Part shown: positions 63,234-64,000 of the stretch, one piece after another | Layout of the letters: each line of letters starts with the position of its first letter | How positions within the stretch are numbered: the stretch's first letter is position 1 | Assembly: GCF_963921235.1 (NCBI RefSeq) | Contig: NC_086118.1 | Location: forward strand, 22,260,001 to 22,324,000 | Source of the DNA: Mobula hypostoma | Lineage: Eukaryota | Reading direction: 5' to 3' | DNA length: 64,000 nt | The notes under the pieces: model-generated | Seen by the model: the letters and a program-made list of their open reading frames with translations, nothing else | Database searches by the model: none | Told to the model about the DNA's origin: nothing | Position numbers and translations under genes: made by a program

Positions 63234-64000
63234 TGTTACGTACCCCGTAACTGGGTTGCCAAACCAGCAGAAATGGATCACTCAGTTGGAGTCTGGATTA
63301 CTAGAACTAAGAAAGTTTTATTAAAGAAACAAGCAACACAGTACTCTAATCAAAAAGGATGATAAATGCAACAGTTCAGCAATGATAAACACACATGTAC
63401 ACAGAATTAAGATAACAAGATTAATCAAGCTCTATCGTTGTCTAGGGGTAAATGACCAGTTTCAAAGTGACACAAAGTCCTGTTCAATTTAGTTCAGTTC
63501 GCAGTAATCATTGCCATGGCGATGGACAGTGGGGGGGGGAGGAGAGAGAGGAAAACGAATTCAACACAGCTTCCACACAGACCTTCGCAGTCAGCTTTCG
63601 GGCGAGCCCTTTGTGATGTCATCTGAGGTCACCGACCGTGACCCCTCCGTTTCCAGATACGACCGTTTCTCTGCGTTGAACCTAACCCAGGCAAGGGTGG
63701 ACACACACCAGGTTTCCGCCGATCGTGCCTTTCCACCCTGAGCGTCTAAGGCTGATCCCGCGATCAGCCGTCCAAGAGCTTTCCACCGACTTGTGAGAGG
63801 CGCACCGCTTCCAGGGTCTCGTTACCTCGGGTGCCGTGTGTGTTCTGCCTTAGCGAACCTGTCCCTTTTTATCCCCCTGCTGGGGTATCGCCTGTCCATC
63901 ACTTCTAACAGTTCAGGGTTCAAAGGGGGAGCCGATCTTGACAGCTCTCCTTCCGTTACTCTCTCCCATCCCTTCATTAACATCTCCAAATGCTGCTCCA
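63234..64000 (-). mobile_element. Probable LTR inserted into the pogo transposase (runs off the window)
   Basis: Abrupt start TGTTACG that interrupts the transposase. AATAAA on the minus strand near 63317-63322. CpG-rich non-coding body. The other end and the TSD are not visible. Confidence 0.55.

Overview
This is repeat-dense vertebrate DNA, very likely from an elasmobranch (shark or ray), inferred from HE1/V-SINE-like SINEs, abundant CR1 LINEs with (TTCTATGT)n-type tails, and Penelope-like elements (PLEs). I could not support any host protein-coding gene, so the window looks like a large intron or gene desert. Every recognisable ORF is transposon-derived. The elements are: CR1 LINEs (including a triple nest at 1-9045 whose innermost copy has an unbroken 697-aa RT frame), R4/Dong-like and HERO-like restriction-endonuclease (RLE) retrotransposons, an RTE, Rex1/Babar 3' ends, PLEs (RT + GIY-YIG), solo LTRs, and Tc1 and pogo/Tigger remnants. 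The most notable signal is a PLE terminal repeat carrying a minimal type-I hammerhead ribozyme (HHR) motif, found at 7 loci. These include a TSD-flanked 249-bp foldback with a hammerhead on each strand (41625-41873), a copy where a 9-nt duplication rebuilds stem III (28142-28187), and an in-frame insertion into a CR1 ORF. PLE hammerheads are a known class; these configurations merit testing but I do not claim a new system. Boundaries of old repeats were set by eye and are approximate.
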